64,000 nucleotides of DNA from positions 306,776,001 to 306,840,000 of the forward strand of contig OZ024740.1 of the NCBI GenBank assembly GCA_964016885.1, in the 5' to 3' direction. The translations under genes were made by a program, and so were the position numbers. The notes below the pieces were generated by a model that saw only the letters and a program-made list of their open reading frames with translations, had not been told where the DNA came from and searched no databases. Positions within the stretch are counted from its first letter, which is position 1; every line of letters begins with the position of its first letter. The stretch comes from Eledone cirrhosa (taxonomy: Eukaryota). Positions 13,511-26,893 of the stretch are shown piece by piece.

Positions 13511-14446
13511 CGTGATTGAGTGTGAATGACTTCCAATTTTATTGGAATATATTGTTTATTTCTATACATTCTATTGGAATAAATATTGATTTTCATTCCA
13601 CTACTGCGTCTTCTCCCTTTTTCTCTCTCACCTGTGTTTTCATTGGTTCTATCTCCGGTCACCATCAGGTATGTTGTTAGTACAAAATGGACATAGTTCC
13701 TGACTGGATTCAGACCAGAAACCTCTATCTCCACTGTAGAGCAATGTTATCTTCACTCACTAGACCACTCAGTAATTTGAATTCAACTTTTATTAACCAG
13801 TTTTTCAACTCGAAACAATTCTTCAAATATGCAATAAGATTGTATCGTTTTGAACGAAGTAGTAGTTAAAAATCATGAATGTCATGTTTTGTGTGGTAGT
13901 ACTAACATATCATCCTTCATGTTTGTTTTTATGACAACAATACTGCTTGCTTAAGCCTGTTACCCAGAAAGTATTAATATATAAGTTGTCTGTAAAAAAA
14001 AAAAAAAAAAAAAAAAGCATGTTTACAAGCTCTGTCTTGCTGTATTAGAGCAAAGCTAATGTTGATATTTATTGACCCATATCATGAGTAAAGAAACGTT
14101 CCTTGGTTTATTTATTTATTATTTGTTAAACAGATTTTATAGAGAGACATCCCATAGTAAAGAGCTGTAAACGTTTTTATTGTTGTTATCGACAAACGAT
14201 TAAATCAGTAATATTATAGTACTGTTGACATTTCTATTGAACAACGTTGACTTTTCTCAGTGTTCCTTTGAGTCGTATTTCTCTTCACGCTAGAAGGATG
14301 TATCTTTTGATTGGACTGCAATGACTGTCGTCATCATTGCTTACTTGTGTGTGTCTGCACAAGCGCGTGTTGCCTCATCTTAAGTTTTTCTAATTCTAAA
14401 CTCTTTATTATCCTTTGCCAGAACTCTTGTCGGTCATATCCACATG

Positions 14447-14597
14447 CAGTGCTGTTTTTAGGACAAATGAGGCTCTGTGCTAGTTAAGTTATGAAGCCCT
14501 TTACTTGGGCCCTGAAGGAGGTAAATATTTTTGGGGGGTGGCAGGAAGAAGCCCAAACCAAAAGGGCCCTGTGCTTAAGCACGTAAATCTGGCACTG
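14447..14597. mobile_element. hAT-type MITE with perfect 8-bp TSD
   Basis: TCCACATG at 14439-14446 and 14598-14605 flank CAGTGC...GCACTG termini. Confidence 0.85.
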
Positions 14598-15363
14598 TCC
14601 ACATGGTAAATTGTCCCAATGTTCACCTCTTGATGCCTACCACCATACAGTGGTTACAGGATGTTGTTTTTTTTCTAATGCAATCATCATGTTTTGTCCT
14701 ATTTCTACAACGGTTACTATGGCTTGTTTTGTTCGATTTGTGGTATAACTTAGCAGTATTATTGTAGTGGTGTGTGTGTTCGTATGTATTAACCTGTTCT
14801 TGTTAGATTATTCAAGTTTTCTCTCCCTGACTCATTCCTCACTTCTCCCTTTTTTTTTCTTTTAATCATTGACTTTTTGAACTGCAATCAATATGTTGAG
14901 TACAGTTGAATGAGGACTATTAAACTAGGAAATCAAACTAAACCAGTTTACTAAGTGTAGTGCTAAGCCATTGAAAGGCCAACCTACCCAACTCTTTAAA
15001 ATGTTATAAAAGACGTAGAGCCACTGAAATTAACCACAAATTTCAATTGTTCTTTGAAGAATACCAAGAGGAAGAATGGTAAAAACAGCAACAGCAACAT
15101 CAACAACAAAATATGAATTTTCTTTTTAAATAGTAGAAAGAGTGTTGTTTGTAAATTAGTTCTGTTATTGTTGCAGAAGTCTTTTTAACTATGTTGTTGA
15201 AACATTCTATTGAAATATTTAGTGGCCATTGTTTCTAAGAAATGACTAAACATGACAAAGTGAAGGCAATCTTTGAGATTATGGCAAGAAACACATAAGA
15301 CTTTGTATTTCAAAGATATCTGTATACTTTGAGTTAAGATTTTTTTCTTTTTCTTTCTCTTTT

Positions 15364-15428
<65 letters not shown>

Positions 15429-16009
15429 CTTACTCCATCTCTCTTATTTCTTCTTCTTTCTCCATTCTTTTCTATCCGTATTTCTCTCTCTCTTCATTTA
15501 TTTTATCTCTATCTCTGTATCCCTTCTGTGGCTGTTTCTCCCTTCTCTGTATCTGTTTCTTTCTCTTGTTTTTCAATCTGGCTCTCCCTCTTCTCTGTTT
15601 CCGTCCTTAATTTTGTATACCTCATTGTGCCTGACACCTCCTTTCTGTCTGTGTAAAGCTATTGTAATTGTCCCCCACTCACCCCTGTATTCGATGTTAG
15701 TTTTTCTATTGTAACCGTTAATGTCTGTTTAGGTGTGTCATTGTATATACTTTAGTCTTAGTAATCTCATATTTATGACTGGTTTAATCTTACTGATCTT
15801 AAAGTTGGGATTCAATTAGATATGACAAGCTTCCAAAATATCAACAACTTTATATTTTCTAAGAGCTTCCTTATGACTAATCTTTAGTTTATAATATATG
15901 TCCATATTAGTCTTGGTGTGTCCACATTTAAGACAGCTTTAGTGTCTCCTAAGTCTACAATAGTAGAACCGAAAATAGTCACGGAGAGAAAATATTCTGA
16001 AAATACTTC

Positions 16010-16042
<33 letters not shown>

Positions 16043-17517
16043 CCCTCTCCCCCTCTCTCCCCCCTCTCTCTTTCTTTCTCTCTCCCCCCTCTCTCTTTCT
16101 CTCTCTCTCTCTCTCTCATATATGCGGAGGTGGAGGTATGTGTTTGTGGTTTATTCATATGTGGGTGTATTTGTGTCATGTCAGTGTGTCGTTTTTCTGA
16201 GCATTTGTGTGCTGTATATTTGTTTGTATTTTCTGAGCATGTGTGGGTGTGTATTTATGTCCATATGTGTGTGTCTCCTGTGTTTGTATTCCATTGTGTG
16301 TGTGTGTAGCCCACCTGCAGTACCGGTTGCTACCACTTAATACATACATTGGAATGACAACATGAAACATCAAACATGCCCATCAGTTTGAATCTTTGTA
16401 AAATATTTGTCTAAATTATTTCAAGAAAACAAAATTTCAGTCAAGCTGAATACTTTATACACTTTGTATTACAGCGCTAAAACATCAAAATCTAAAAGTC
16501 CTTTGTATTATTCCCAAGAGGTCCTAAATATGGTTAAAGCCGGTATCACAGTAGAGCTCCGTGGAAGGGCTGATAAGCGCAGTTTTATCATACAAAACCC
16601 CACTTTTTGCTTGATCATTTTCATGTCAAATTACATTTTTTCCGTGGACATTTGAAAGTTCTGGATGTGAACTTTCTTCTGATATACTTTTGATCAAAAG
16701 CTGACACATCAACAGATCCCTTCAATCAACCTCATATTTCCACCTATTTACAACTTTTGTCCCGTTTTTGTTTTTGACTGCTGAGCAGTAGTACTAATTC
16801 TAGTTCAATGTGCTGGAGCACTATAACTAGATTTGTGTTGAAAATGATAAAGTCATGAAGAGGACTTATATATATATATATATATATTTCACTTATATTT
16901 CATAACGATCATCTGGCCTATATATATAAATCGATGTGGGGTAAGCCAGATGATTATGAAATACAAAAGTGAGAATTTCTTCGTTAATTTTCACTTAGAA
17001 AAGAACAATGCTGCTTTCTTTTTCTCTGTTTAACCAAAGAACAAGTTTTCTTCAAGATTTTTATAAGAAAGAAAATTTTCCCGCGAATTCAATACGACCA
17101 TTGCCGAATATGGCCACGATATGGCGCAAAAGCACAAAGTCTATGAAAAAGAGAATACCGTGGATATTCGTAACGCATATTGACGCAACTTGTCAGAATG
17201 GCATATTCCCGTGCGGCGTTAGCTGAAACGGGACACGGCTTCAGATATCGAGTCTGAGCCAGAATTTCAAGAAATAGACGAACTAATTGTTAAGTAAACA
17301 TATTTCTACGAAAAATTGCACTAGACTGAGCTACATAAGTCTTCTAGAGCCACAATGGAATCGTCGTTTTGAATGTTTTATTCCCTCTCGTTGTTTTAAC
17401 ATGTGGTTAGTTCAGAATTTTAGTTTTTCTTTGAGAAATATTGGTCAAATTTTGCCAATAAAAATGATAAATATTGTGCAATGGATATTATTTTGTAGAC
17501 TATTAAAGTCCGATGTG

Positions 17518-17549
<32 letters not shown>

Positions 17550-17611
17550 CGATTTTGAATACAGTCGGATAATTTGTGGTTGTTTACATTTTCACAAGTA
17601 GTGCCAATTCG

Positions 17612-17900
17612 TCTCTCTCACTCTCTCTGTCTCTTTCTCTCTCTCACTCTCTCTGTCTCTTTCTCTCTCTCACTCTCTCTTTCTCTCTGTCTCTCTCTTT
17701 CTCTCTGTCTCTCTCTTTCTCTCTGTCTCTTTCTCTCTCTGTCTCTTTCTCTCTCTGTCTCTCTCTGTCTCTTTCTCTTTGTCTCTCTCTCTCTCTCTGT
17801 CTCTCTCTCTTTGTCTCTCTCTGTCTCTCTCTCTTTCTCTATCTCTTTATCTCTGTCTCTCTCTTTGTCTCTCTCTCTTTCTCTCTCTCTCTCTTTCTCG
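17612..17900. repeat. Compound (CT)n/(CTGT)n polypyrimidine microsatellite
   Basis: Directly visible; similar tracts at 15365-15425, 16015-16117, 33940-34490, 35755-35965. Confidence 0.95.
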
Positions 17901-20319
17901 TGTTTGCTCACAGGAATTAGTTTTCTCGTTTTGTTCGTTTTTTAATCTGCGTGCAATTCTGAGGAAGTTTAATTAATAATTAAATAAAATTGAAAAATTA
18001 TGTTTATAAATATCACTAACACTTTGTAACAAGACTGTTAGAAACACTTTGGTTAACTTTTAAGCCTAGGCAATGGCCGTATTAAATTCGCGACCTGGTA
18101 ATGATATGTAAATGTCGGAGGTGTGGGTGTCCTGATCCATCCTTGCAAAATATGTATTCCTGTTGTTTCTGGCTAAGTTTCAGCTTGTTAGATTCTCTCA
18201 ATGAGCTTTATACTATGGATCTTCTTTGTGGTCATTCTATGTCCTATAACTGGCTACTAAATCTCCCCCAAATCACACTGGACAACATTGGATAATGTGG
18301 TCTTAGATATAAATAGGTCTGTTTGATAGGGTGGGGTTGATTTGTCCTTAGTTGAACAACCTCAAAAGCACACAAACATACACACTCTTTAATGTTTTTT
18401 CAGTAATTTAAGATTCATTCTATATAGGTGTGTGTGTGTGTGAGAGAGAGAAAGAAAGAGGTTATGTGGTAGTGATTGTACAGTGTGTGTGAGGTGTATG
18501 CTTGCTGTGTAGCAGTCATTACACATTATGTATATATGAGATATGCAGCAGTGACTGCATAGAATGTGCAGGTGATGAATAAATTGAATGATTGTGGTTG
18601 ATTGCTTGTGCAGTTTAAATTTTGGAGACCAGTTGAGTGCAAATATATCCAGCATTCAAGTGTGTGGGCAGGATTCCAGACAATTAACTGAAAAATTGAC
18701 AGCGTGTAATCCTTAAATACAGTTAAAGATGAACCAATGAGAGATCCTCTGTGTTGTGGTTCCTTTTGAGGGTTGCAGACCAATGGGTTCTACCAGACAT
18801 TGATTTGTTATCGAAAGTATATACTACATGGTGTTCCTCAATAGGTTAAGGGACTCTATATATCTAATATTAAATGTATTGACTAATTTATACGTGATAG
18901 ATAACTCTTATTAGTATGTCTTTTATTGATTATTCTGGGGGAGAAAAACAGTGACTACAGGATTTGAAGGCAAGGGAATTGGATTGTACTTCAGTTATCC
19001 TCTCCTCATTTTACACCCAAGGAAGCCAGGTAATTAGGAAGTAAATATCTCTGCAGAGTTAAGGGCTCTTTGATAGAACATCAATAACCGGACATAAAGG
19101 CTCTGTGAACCATTCTATTAGTATTTCACCTACTGCTGATTGTAAAAACAGAAAGGTTGTAAGTTCAAATCCACTATAAGTGTTGCATTTCTGGGCAGGA
19201 CATTTTATTCGGCCTTATCTCAGTTCACCTATCTATTGGAAATATGTACTGGGTCATCTGAGAATCTTACCTACTACAGGCTGGTAGAGGTATTTTTCTC
19301 ATTTATTTAATGCTATGAAAACAGTTTAACATTGGCCATTAAAATATCTTTGATGTTTAGGAAGCATATTCATAGATTAGTTAGATACTGTTTATGTTTA
19401 AACACAGGCAAACCTCGATTAAAGACATTCCACTCGTGACCTTCCTATCTTTTCGTCAGACATAGTGTATCTAGAATTACACTATCCAATAGTGTCCTTG
19501 TTTTTTAAGACACTAGGATGTGATTTGAGGGCAATTTAGCTGTTATTTCTAGATGGGCTCTCTCCTGGTTGGCTCATTACAACAGACTGTTTTGTAATCA
19601 TGTGTGTAGCTGCTGTTGCTATTACTGCCTAAAGTTGTTTTTCTTTAAGAGGCAAGTGTGTTTGATGTAATTCTACCACGAACATTTGACCTACAGCTTA
19701 CTTATTAGATAAGACGTCGTTTCAAGCAGTATTGAGTAAAAGAGAGTGAGTGCGTGAGATAGATAGATAGAGAGAGAGAGCTGGATAAAACAACAGAAAA
19801 TAGTCATCTTACTACTAAATAGTATCATTAGTAAGTCTAAACTAACAAACTATCAGTAGACTTTCATTCTTGTACTATCTCAATTTTTCTCTTTTTTTTT
19901 GTATTTCATAAAAAAAAACAAAAAAACTAAGTATAAGGGAAAGAGTTTAAGAACACCTTTCATGTGTTTAGTCATGGTCTATTCTCTTGATTTAGAAAAA
20001 AATACTCCCTTCTAAACCTTTCCACTGTAGTACATGGCTGTCATATTTTATGTGGCTTTTATTTCAATAAAGTCACATGATAACATAAAAATAATATGTT
20101 AAAATAAGCCAGGATTTCAGATGAGGAATAAAATATGAATCCATGAGCCAAACTCTATCCTTTGTCGTTGACGGAGACAATGGATAGAGTTTGGGTCCAA
20201 GATTTATATTTTGTTTCTCGCCTGAAATGCTGCAATGGTTGGAGAGACACTGATTAAAGAACTTGTGGTTCAGGAATCCTGTGAAGATAGATTTAGTAGT
20301 TAGAGAAATCTTATAAGGG

Positions 20320-20490
20320 TTGTTGTTGTTTAACCCCATGTCAGTCCTGATCCAACAGACCTATGCCTGATCAAGGGACTGCCTTATTCATTGTCCTTTG
20401 TTTAAGACAGCACAGAGTGATTTGAGAGAGATTTAGCTGCTATTTCTAGCATATTAAGCGACCATGTAGAGACTCCTGCTGTTGACTCGT
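20320..20490 (+). repeat. Dispersed repeat family with GATTTGAG.GAGATTTAGCTGCTATTTCTAGCA motif
   Basis: Related copies near 19400-19570, 22400-22590, 26610-26800, 39660-39830 and inverted near 47600-47760, 55800-55980, 59240-59420. Confidence 0.7.
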
Positions 20491-20949
20491 CTTGTTAAAG
20501 TAGATTTAAGGATTAGAGGAATTTTGTAAAGGTATATTTATTTAGCATTAGAAGGACTGTGGAAGTGGCAGAGAGTTTACTAAATACATGAGTCGGCAAG
20601 ATTAAAATGTTGCTAAATTCCACACCAATAGTTTACATAATTTTGTTTTGACCGAAAGCTTTGTTTCCAGTGTGAGGTTAGTAAACAAGTGAATCTCTTG
20701 ATAGGACATTAACTTCTGTTTATGACCTTTGACCTTTTGGAAGGTTGGTTCAGTTTGATTACAAAAAAAAAAAAAATAATGATAATAATAGTAATAATAA
20801 TAAATAAAGTACAGCACAAAATAAAACATTTGTATTTGTGGAAAATCATCATTATTAGTAACATTACTGGTAACAGTGTCAACAGAAATATGATACTTCT
20901 GATTAGGTTTATTAACAATCACAGAATTTTATAGTGTTTGTTTTTATCT

Positions 20950-21218
20950 AATGTACATGTATCTGTGTATTTGTGACTGTTCTGTAAATGTGTGTGTGTA
21001 TTTGTGACTGTTCTGTAAATGTGTGTGTGTATTTGTGACTGTTCTGTAAATGTGTGTGTGTATTTGTGACTGTTCTGTAAATGTGTGTGTGTATTTGTGA
21101 CTGTTCTGTAAATGTGTGTGTGTATTTGTGACTGTTCTGTACATGTATCTGTGTATTTGTGACTGTTCTGTAAATGTGTGTGTGTATTTGTGACTGTTCT
21201 GTAAATGTGTGTGTGTAT
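20950..21218. repeat. 31-bp minisatellite, about 8 copies
   Basis: Unit GTATTTGTGACTGTTCTGTAAATGTGTGTGT; TTGTGACTG recurs at 20971, 21002, 21033 and onward. Confidence 0.95.
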
Positions 21219-23250
21219 GATAGTTTTGGAACTGTAATGATAGGCTGATAACTATTGACCCATCCTCCTTTCTCACCTTACAGTTGTGCTACATGGGCAT
21301 GGACCCCACATAATCCCACTCAACTGTGCACAATTTAAAATTATATATTAAAAAAAAAAGAACCTAATTGCTAATCTGTATCTTGTTGTGTGTGTGTGTG
21401 TGTGTATGTGTGAGAGAGAGAGGGTGAGTGAGTTGGTGTTGTGTATTGAAATAAAAATTCCATAATACATCTGAAAATTCTTTTAGTATGATGTTCGGAG
21501 TTTTCTTGTTTCAGTAAAGTATCCTATCCCACTCACATCATCAGATATGTTATAAAATAAATAAATAAATGAAATAAAAATATTGACAGAGCTCTAGCAT
21601 GATGATTGCATTTGTCATGTAAGTCAAAGACATAGTAAATTACATTTGAGCAAGAACATTTTCCTTTTAATATTTATGTTTTTATTCTTTCCGGATTTGG
21701 TGCTGCCGAGAAGTTATTTCACTGAAGAACATTACATCAGTTAGTTAAACTACTCCAGTTCATCTATCAGTCGGTATCTATTAGGATTTAGAAAATATTG
21801 CATTAAGAATATAATTTCAGTATAACCATCATTGTTGTTTTAACATCTACTTTCCCTGCTAGTAAGGGTTGGATGGGCCTATATAGACCAAGTCAGCACC
21901 GAAGCAGAGCCACTGATCTCTCAAGCAGGCCAGGCACCTGTGTCTTGCTTATGTTCGGTCTCGCGTTCTATTGAGTGCTTAGGAGAGGTTGTCATACCTT
22001 TGACACAACTGGGGATTCTTCCAACCCTTCGTTTGGCAAAATTTCTACGGATGGATTAACCACTTTAGTGTGCACTGGGTGTGTTTATCGTGTAAATAAC
22101 CAACACTTGTCATTTACTATAGCCTCAGGTCGACCCATGCCTTGTGAGAGTAGACAAAAACTGTTTGGAAGCCTGTCAGATAGACTGGGTCATGCTGAAT
22201 CTTCCTGAGAATTACGTTAAGCGTATGTGTGTCTACACTTATAAGTTAATTTCATGAACAATCTGTCTTGTTGATCAAACAAATGGAACATTCATTGTGG
22301 AAACCAACAGGTCAATAGAATCAAATCACATAAAATATTTTGTTTTTGTATTTTCTTTTAATCCAAAGGAATTAGGTAGTTGTTGTTATTGTTGGTGGTG
22401 GTGGTGTCTAGTCCCTGGTCAGCCCTGACTAAACATACCAAAGGTCTTCCTGTCTGACCATCTGTCCCATCTCTTGACCATTGCATATATAGAAATACAT
22501 TATTCAACATGTCCTCCTTTCAAGTTGGTAGGATTTGAGGGAGATATTGCTGCTGTTTTAGTAGGCCAAGTGACCATTTAAATGCTCTTTTTGTGGTTGT
22601 TGCTTAGAATTAATTTTTTGCATGTTGCTATCTGCCGGGAAAACAAAGGTAGGGCAAGAGTCTCAGAGAGATGCAATTCACAAGATGGTAAAGATTTAGA
22701 TAAAAAGGTTTAGTGCAAGATTTTTTTCTTTTTCTTTTTTCTTGTGGTAGGGCACTGATACAAGATCTACTAGTGGGGGACTGGGCAGGGTGATTGGCAT
22801 ATTTGATATTCAGAGGAACTGCAACTGATATAAAAGAGGCAAAGAAAGGATACATCATTTCTGTTGTCTAAAGGTTATAGTATATGCTTGTGAGTCTTTG
22901 TCAATCAGCTGGATGTCCTGTGTGTGTGAATGAATAAAGGCAAGTATGATCTAGTTGCCAGATATGTGAGCACACGCTGTGCACTTGTGACTTGAATAGG
23001 GTCAGTAACTGATTAAAACTGAAGTATTTCCTGGCTCTGAAAAAAAGAAGGCTTAAGTTTTGTTCACTGATTTTTATTTTATTTTCATTTATTTGTTTAT
23101 ATATATATTTATTTATTGTTAATTAGGCAGACATTAAGGAGCCATAACCATGTCTTTCATAATATCCACCTTTTTTGGGATTGGTGAGGTTGATGCAGTT
23201 GGTATTCAGTTTTACTATCAGTAGGTTGATGTCTGCAAGAAAAAAAAAAA

Positions 23251-23438
23251 TGAAGAATTTTGAGGGATTTACTAAAATTATTAAATATTTCATGACTAAG
23301 ATAGTAACTTAATGTAAGGTTCTTATATATAAAATTACATTGGAAGATTTTAATTTAAATTGGAAACCTTCGAAATGGATGGTTATATTTCATAGAATCA
23401 GAGCTGGTTTTGGCCAGGTTGGTAACTAAAGAGTTAAA
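23251..23438 (-). mobile_element. Non-autonomous DNA element end (TTAA/CCC-like, piggyBac-type); inverted copy at 63175-63360
   Basis: About 185 bp similar in reverse complement to 63175-63360; terminus TTAAC(T/C)CTTTAGTTACC. Confidence 0.6.
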
Positions 23439-23741
23439 GACATGAAAACTTCTCTAGTGCTGTTGCCACAGTTACTCCCAGTACACTTTTTAAAATGATT
23501 GGTGTTAGAAAGGATATCCAGCCATATTAGAAATGCCCATCTAACCCATGCCAGTATGGAAAGCAGACATAAAGCAATGATGATGAACAATTCTTGACAG
23601 CTACATATACTGCAGTAATTTAAAATACTGAGAGGTAGATCAAAATTTCAACACATTACCAATGAGCAGGTTGTGAAGTATCTTTCCCTAATATCAATAT
23701 ATATATATAATTAAGGTGTTCGCTCCAACATAGCTGTATAC

Positions 23742-23980
23742 ATATAAGGATGTAAAGTTTGTATATCAGATAATATATATGCTTACAAATAAACATTTGA
23801 AAGCCTTTAGCTATGAATTTTAAAAGGTGGTGGCAGAAATAGCTGTCGATAACTTCCCCTTGCTTCTGCTGGAAAACACTAGGTGCCGCCACCTTTTAAA
23901 ATTCATAGCTAAAGGCTTTCAAATGTTTATTCGTAAACATACAATATATTATCGGATATACAAGCTTTACATACTTATAA
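23742..23980. repeat. Long imperfect inverted repeat (about 90-bp arms)
   Basis: AATAAACATTTGAAAGCCTTTAGCTATGAATTTTAAAAGGTGG pairs with CCACCTTTTAAAATTCATAGCTAAAGGCTTTCAAATGTTTATT. Confidence 0.9.
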
Positions 23981-25034
23981 GTATATATAATATATTTATA
24001 CCCATATGTCAGAGTAATTAAGATCCCATTCAAATGGATACCACTTAAAATTTGGTTTGACTTAAATATCCTATCAAATGTCAGAGATACTCCTCCTTTC
24101 TCGATTGTAACCTCCTAAACTCGCAACCCATCATTGCTAGGGGTGGGGGAAATAGCTGATACTCATGAAATGAACTTCTATCAGTTAGTTGCCCTTTAAA
24201 GTTCCGAAGTAAATATAAATACTCTTTATTGGCCCGTGTGGTGGATAATCTTTTATCCTAGATTATCTTGTACTAATCTAATCTGGTAACTGTTCTGTTG
24301 ACCTTCATTTCAGAGCTGTTTTGTTTTTGTATACAGTAGGGCCTTGTTGTTGTTGTTGTTGGTGTGGTGGTGGTGGTATAAGAGCAGCATCTAGCTGTTA
24401 GGTAGGGGTTGTTGTAATTGTGGTAGTGGTGGTGGTAGTTGTTGTTCTAGTGTGGTACATAGCAGGCCTTAGGTGGTGGTGATAGTCTTGATAGGAGAAA
24501 TAGCAGTCATGTACAGCAGTTTGTACTACTGGAGAATAGGGTGGTGGTGGTTGTAATAGTAGCATTAGTTTGTGCAATTAGATTTGCTGCCAGGTGATTT
24601 GGTGGTAATAGTAGTAGTAGTAGTAGTGTTGGTGGTAGTGGTTGTAATAGTTGTAGTAAATTGATGGTGCTGTTATTCTATTAGATGACAGTGATGATGA
24701 TGGTGATGATGATGCCAGTGGAAGGAGTATTGTCCTTGGAGAGTGATGGTGGTAGTTGTGTCTGGATGCCAGGGGATGGTATGAAGTTATGCTGATTGGA
24801 TGATGATAGTAGAGAGTGAAGTGTGGGTGTAATATTAATAACAGTGGTGGTGGTGGTGCTAATTGTCATAATGGTGGTGGTGGTGGTGGTGATGGTAACT
24901 ATGATGGTATCCATTTAACTGTTGAACTGATCCCAGACCGTTTGGTTTCTAGCTGCTTGGCATCATGGCTGAGTCTGTGAATGGCCTTAGTCTATTGATT
25001 TAAGCAGCAGCTAATATCATATTGCTATTAGTGT

Positions 25035-25066
<32 letters not shown>

Positions 25067-25124
25067 CTCCTTTTACTATTCATTGTTTTTGTTTTGTTTT
25101 ATTTAATTATTATTTGTTTTATTA

Positions 25125-25316
25125 TTGGCAGTATCAGTATTATTGTCAGACACCATGCTTTGCAGCATAGTTATGGCCCTTTACGTTCTGAGTTCAAATC
25201 TGCCGAGCTTAACTTTTCCTTTCATCCTTACAGGGGGTCAATAAAATAAAGCACCAGTAATACACTGGGGGGTAATTGCTGGCCTTGTGCCAAAAGTAGA
25301 AACCATTATTATTATT
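25125..25316 (+). mobile_element. tRNA-derived SINE (Meta-domain-like family)
   Basis: Same head, B box, core and tail as 6494-6682. Confidence 0.82.
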
Positions 25317-25329
25317 AAGATTTAGTGTG

Positions 25330-26590
25330 GTGATGGTTGTGGTTGACCTGGTAGACTTGATGGTAGTTATGAGCATGGTTGGTTGTGATGGTATGACTGG
25401 TAGTGTCAGTGGTGGTGGTGTGACTGGTAAGGCTAGTGGTGGTGGTGTGACTGGTAAGGCCAGTGGTGGTGGTGGTGTGATTGGTATGGCTGGTGGTGGT
25501 GACCTGACTGGTAGTGTCAGTGGTGGTGGTGGTGTGACTGATAGAGCCAGCGGTGGTGGTGACCTGACTGGTAGTGTCAGTGGTGGTGGTGTGACTGATA
25601 GATCCAGCGGTGGTGGTGGTGTGACTGATAGGGTTAGTGATGGTGGAGGTGGTGTGACTGGTAGGGTCAGTGGTGGTGGTGGTGGTGGTATGACTGGTAG
25701 GGTTAGTGATGGTGGAGGTGGTGTGACTGGTAGGGTCAGTGGTGGTGGTGGTGGTGGTATGACTGGTAGGGTTAGTGATGGTGGAGGTGGTGTGACTGGT
25801 AGGGTCAGTGGTGGTGGTGGTGGTGGTATGACTGGTAGGGTTAGTGATGGTGGAGGTGGTGTGACTGGTAGGGTCAGTGGTGGTGGTGGTGGTGGTGGTA
25901 TGACTGGTAGGGTCAGTGGTGGTGGTGGTGGTGGTGGTATGACTGGTAGGGTTAGTGATGGTGGAGGTGGTATGACTGGTAGGGTTAGTGATGGTGGAGG
26001 TGGTGTGACTGGTAGGGTCAGTGGTGGTGGTGGTGGTGGTGGTATGACTGGTAGGGTTAGTGATGGTGGTGGTGGTATGACTGGTAGGGTTAGTGATGGT
26101 GGAGGTGGTGTGACTGGTAGGGTTAGTGATGGTGGAGGTGGTGTGACTGGTAGGGTCAGTGGTGGTGGTGGTGGTGGTGGTATGACTGGTAGGGTTAGTG
26201 ATGGCGGAGGTGGTGTGACTGGTAGGGTCAGTGGTGGTGGTGGTGGTGGTGGTATGACTGGTAGGGTCAGTGGTGGTGGTGGTGGTGTGACTGATAGAGC
26301 CAGCGGTGGTGGTATGACTGGTAGGGTCAATGGTGGTGGTGGTATGACTGGTAGTGTCAGTGATGGTGGAGGTGGTCTGACTGGTAGAGCCAGCGGTGGT
26401 GGTGTGACTGACAGAGCCAGCGGTGGTGGTGGTGTGACTGGTAGGGTCAGTGGTGGTGGTGGTATGACTGGTAGTGTCAGTGGTGGTGGTGGTGGTGGTA
26501 TGACTGGTAGGGTCAGTGGTGGTGGTGTGACTGACAGAGCCAGCGGTGGTGGTGATGTGACTGGTAGGGTCAGTGGTGGTGGTGTAGTTA
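25330..26590. repeat. Complex (GGT)n minisatellite with RTGACTGGTAGGGTYAGT spacers
   Basis: Directly visible; units are multiples of 3, which explains three overlapping low-complexity ORFs. Confidence 0.95.
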
Positions 26591-26845
26591 TTATAGTTTA
26601 TTTTATGTTGTTGTTTAGCCCCAGGACAGCCCTGGTTGAATAGACTTATGATCAAAGGCATAGCTCTTTTTTTTCTATGGGCAGAGGACCCAAGACCACC
26701 TTATTCAATGTGTCCTTTTCTAAGATGGTTAGGTGTGATTTTAAGAGAAGTTTGGTTGCCATTTTTAGCAGATGGAATGATTACATAATCTCCTTCATTG
26801 GCTCAGATGTGCTGCTGTTTATTGGTGCTTATGTGTGTCTCTGTA

Positions 26846-26893
<48 letters not shown>

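Noticed and set aside
16470-16800. Possible decayed Polinton polymerase C-terminus on the minus strand (KKWGFV..)
   Set aside because: Multiple stops and too few diagnostic residues.
17574-17976. SL/ER-repeat ORFs (also near 15362, 15918, 33934-34741, 35657)
   Set aside because: Translations of (CT)n microsatellites.
20950-21218. CRISPR-like periodic array
   Set aside because: Contiguous tandem units with no unique spacers, in a eukaryotic context with no cas genes.
25209-26661. Three long ORFs (373, 448, 438 aa), Pro-, Thr- or Gly-rich
   Set aside because: They result from a triplet-based minisatellite; the ORF ends run into SINE-type repeats and there is no domain or splice support.
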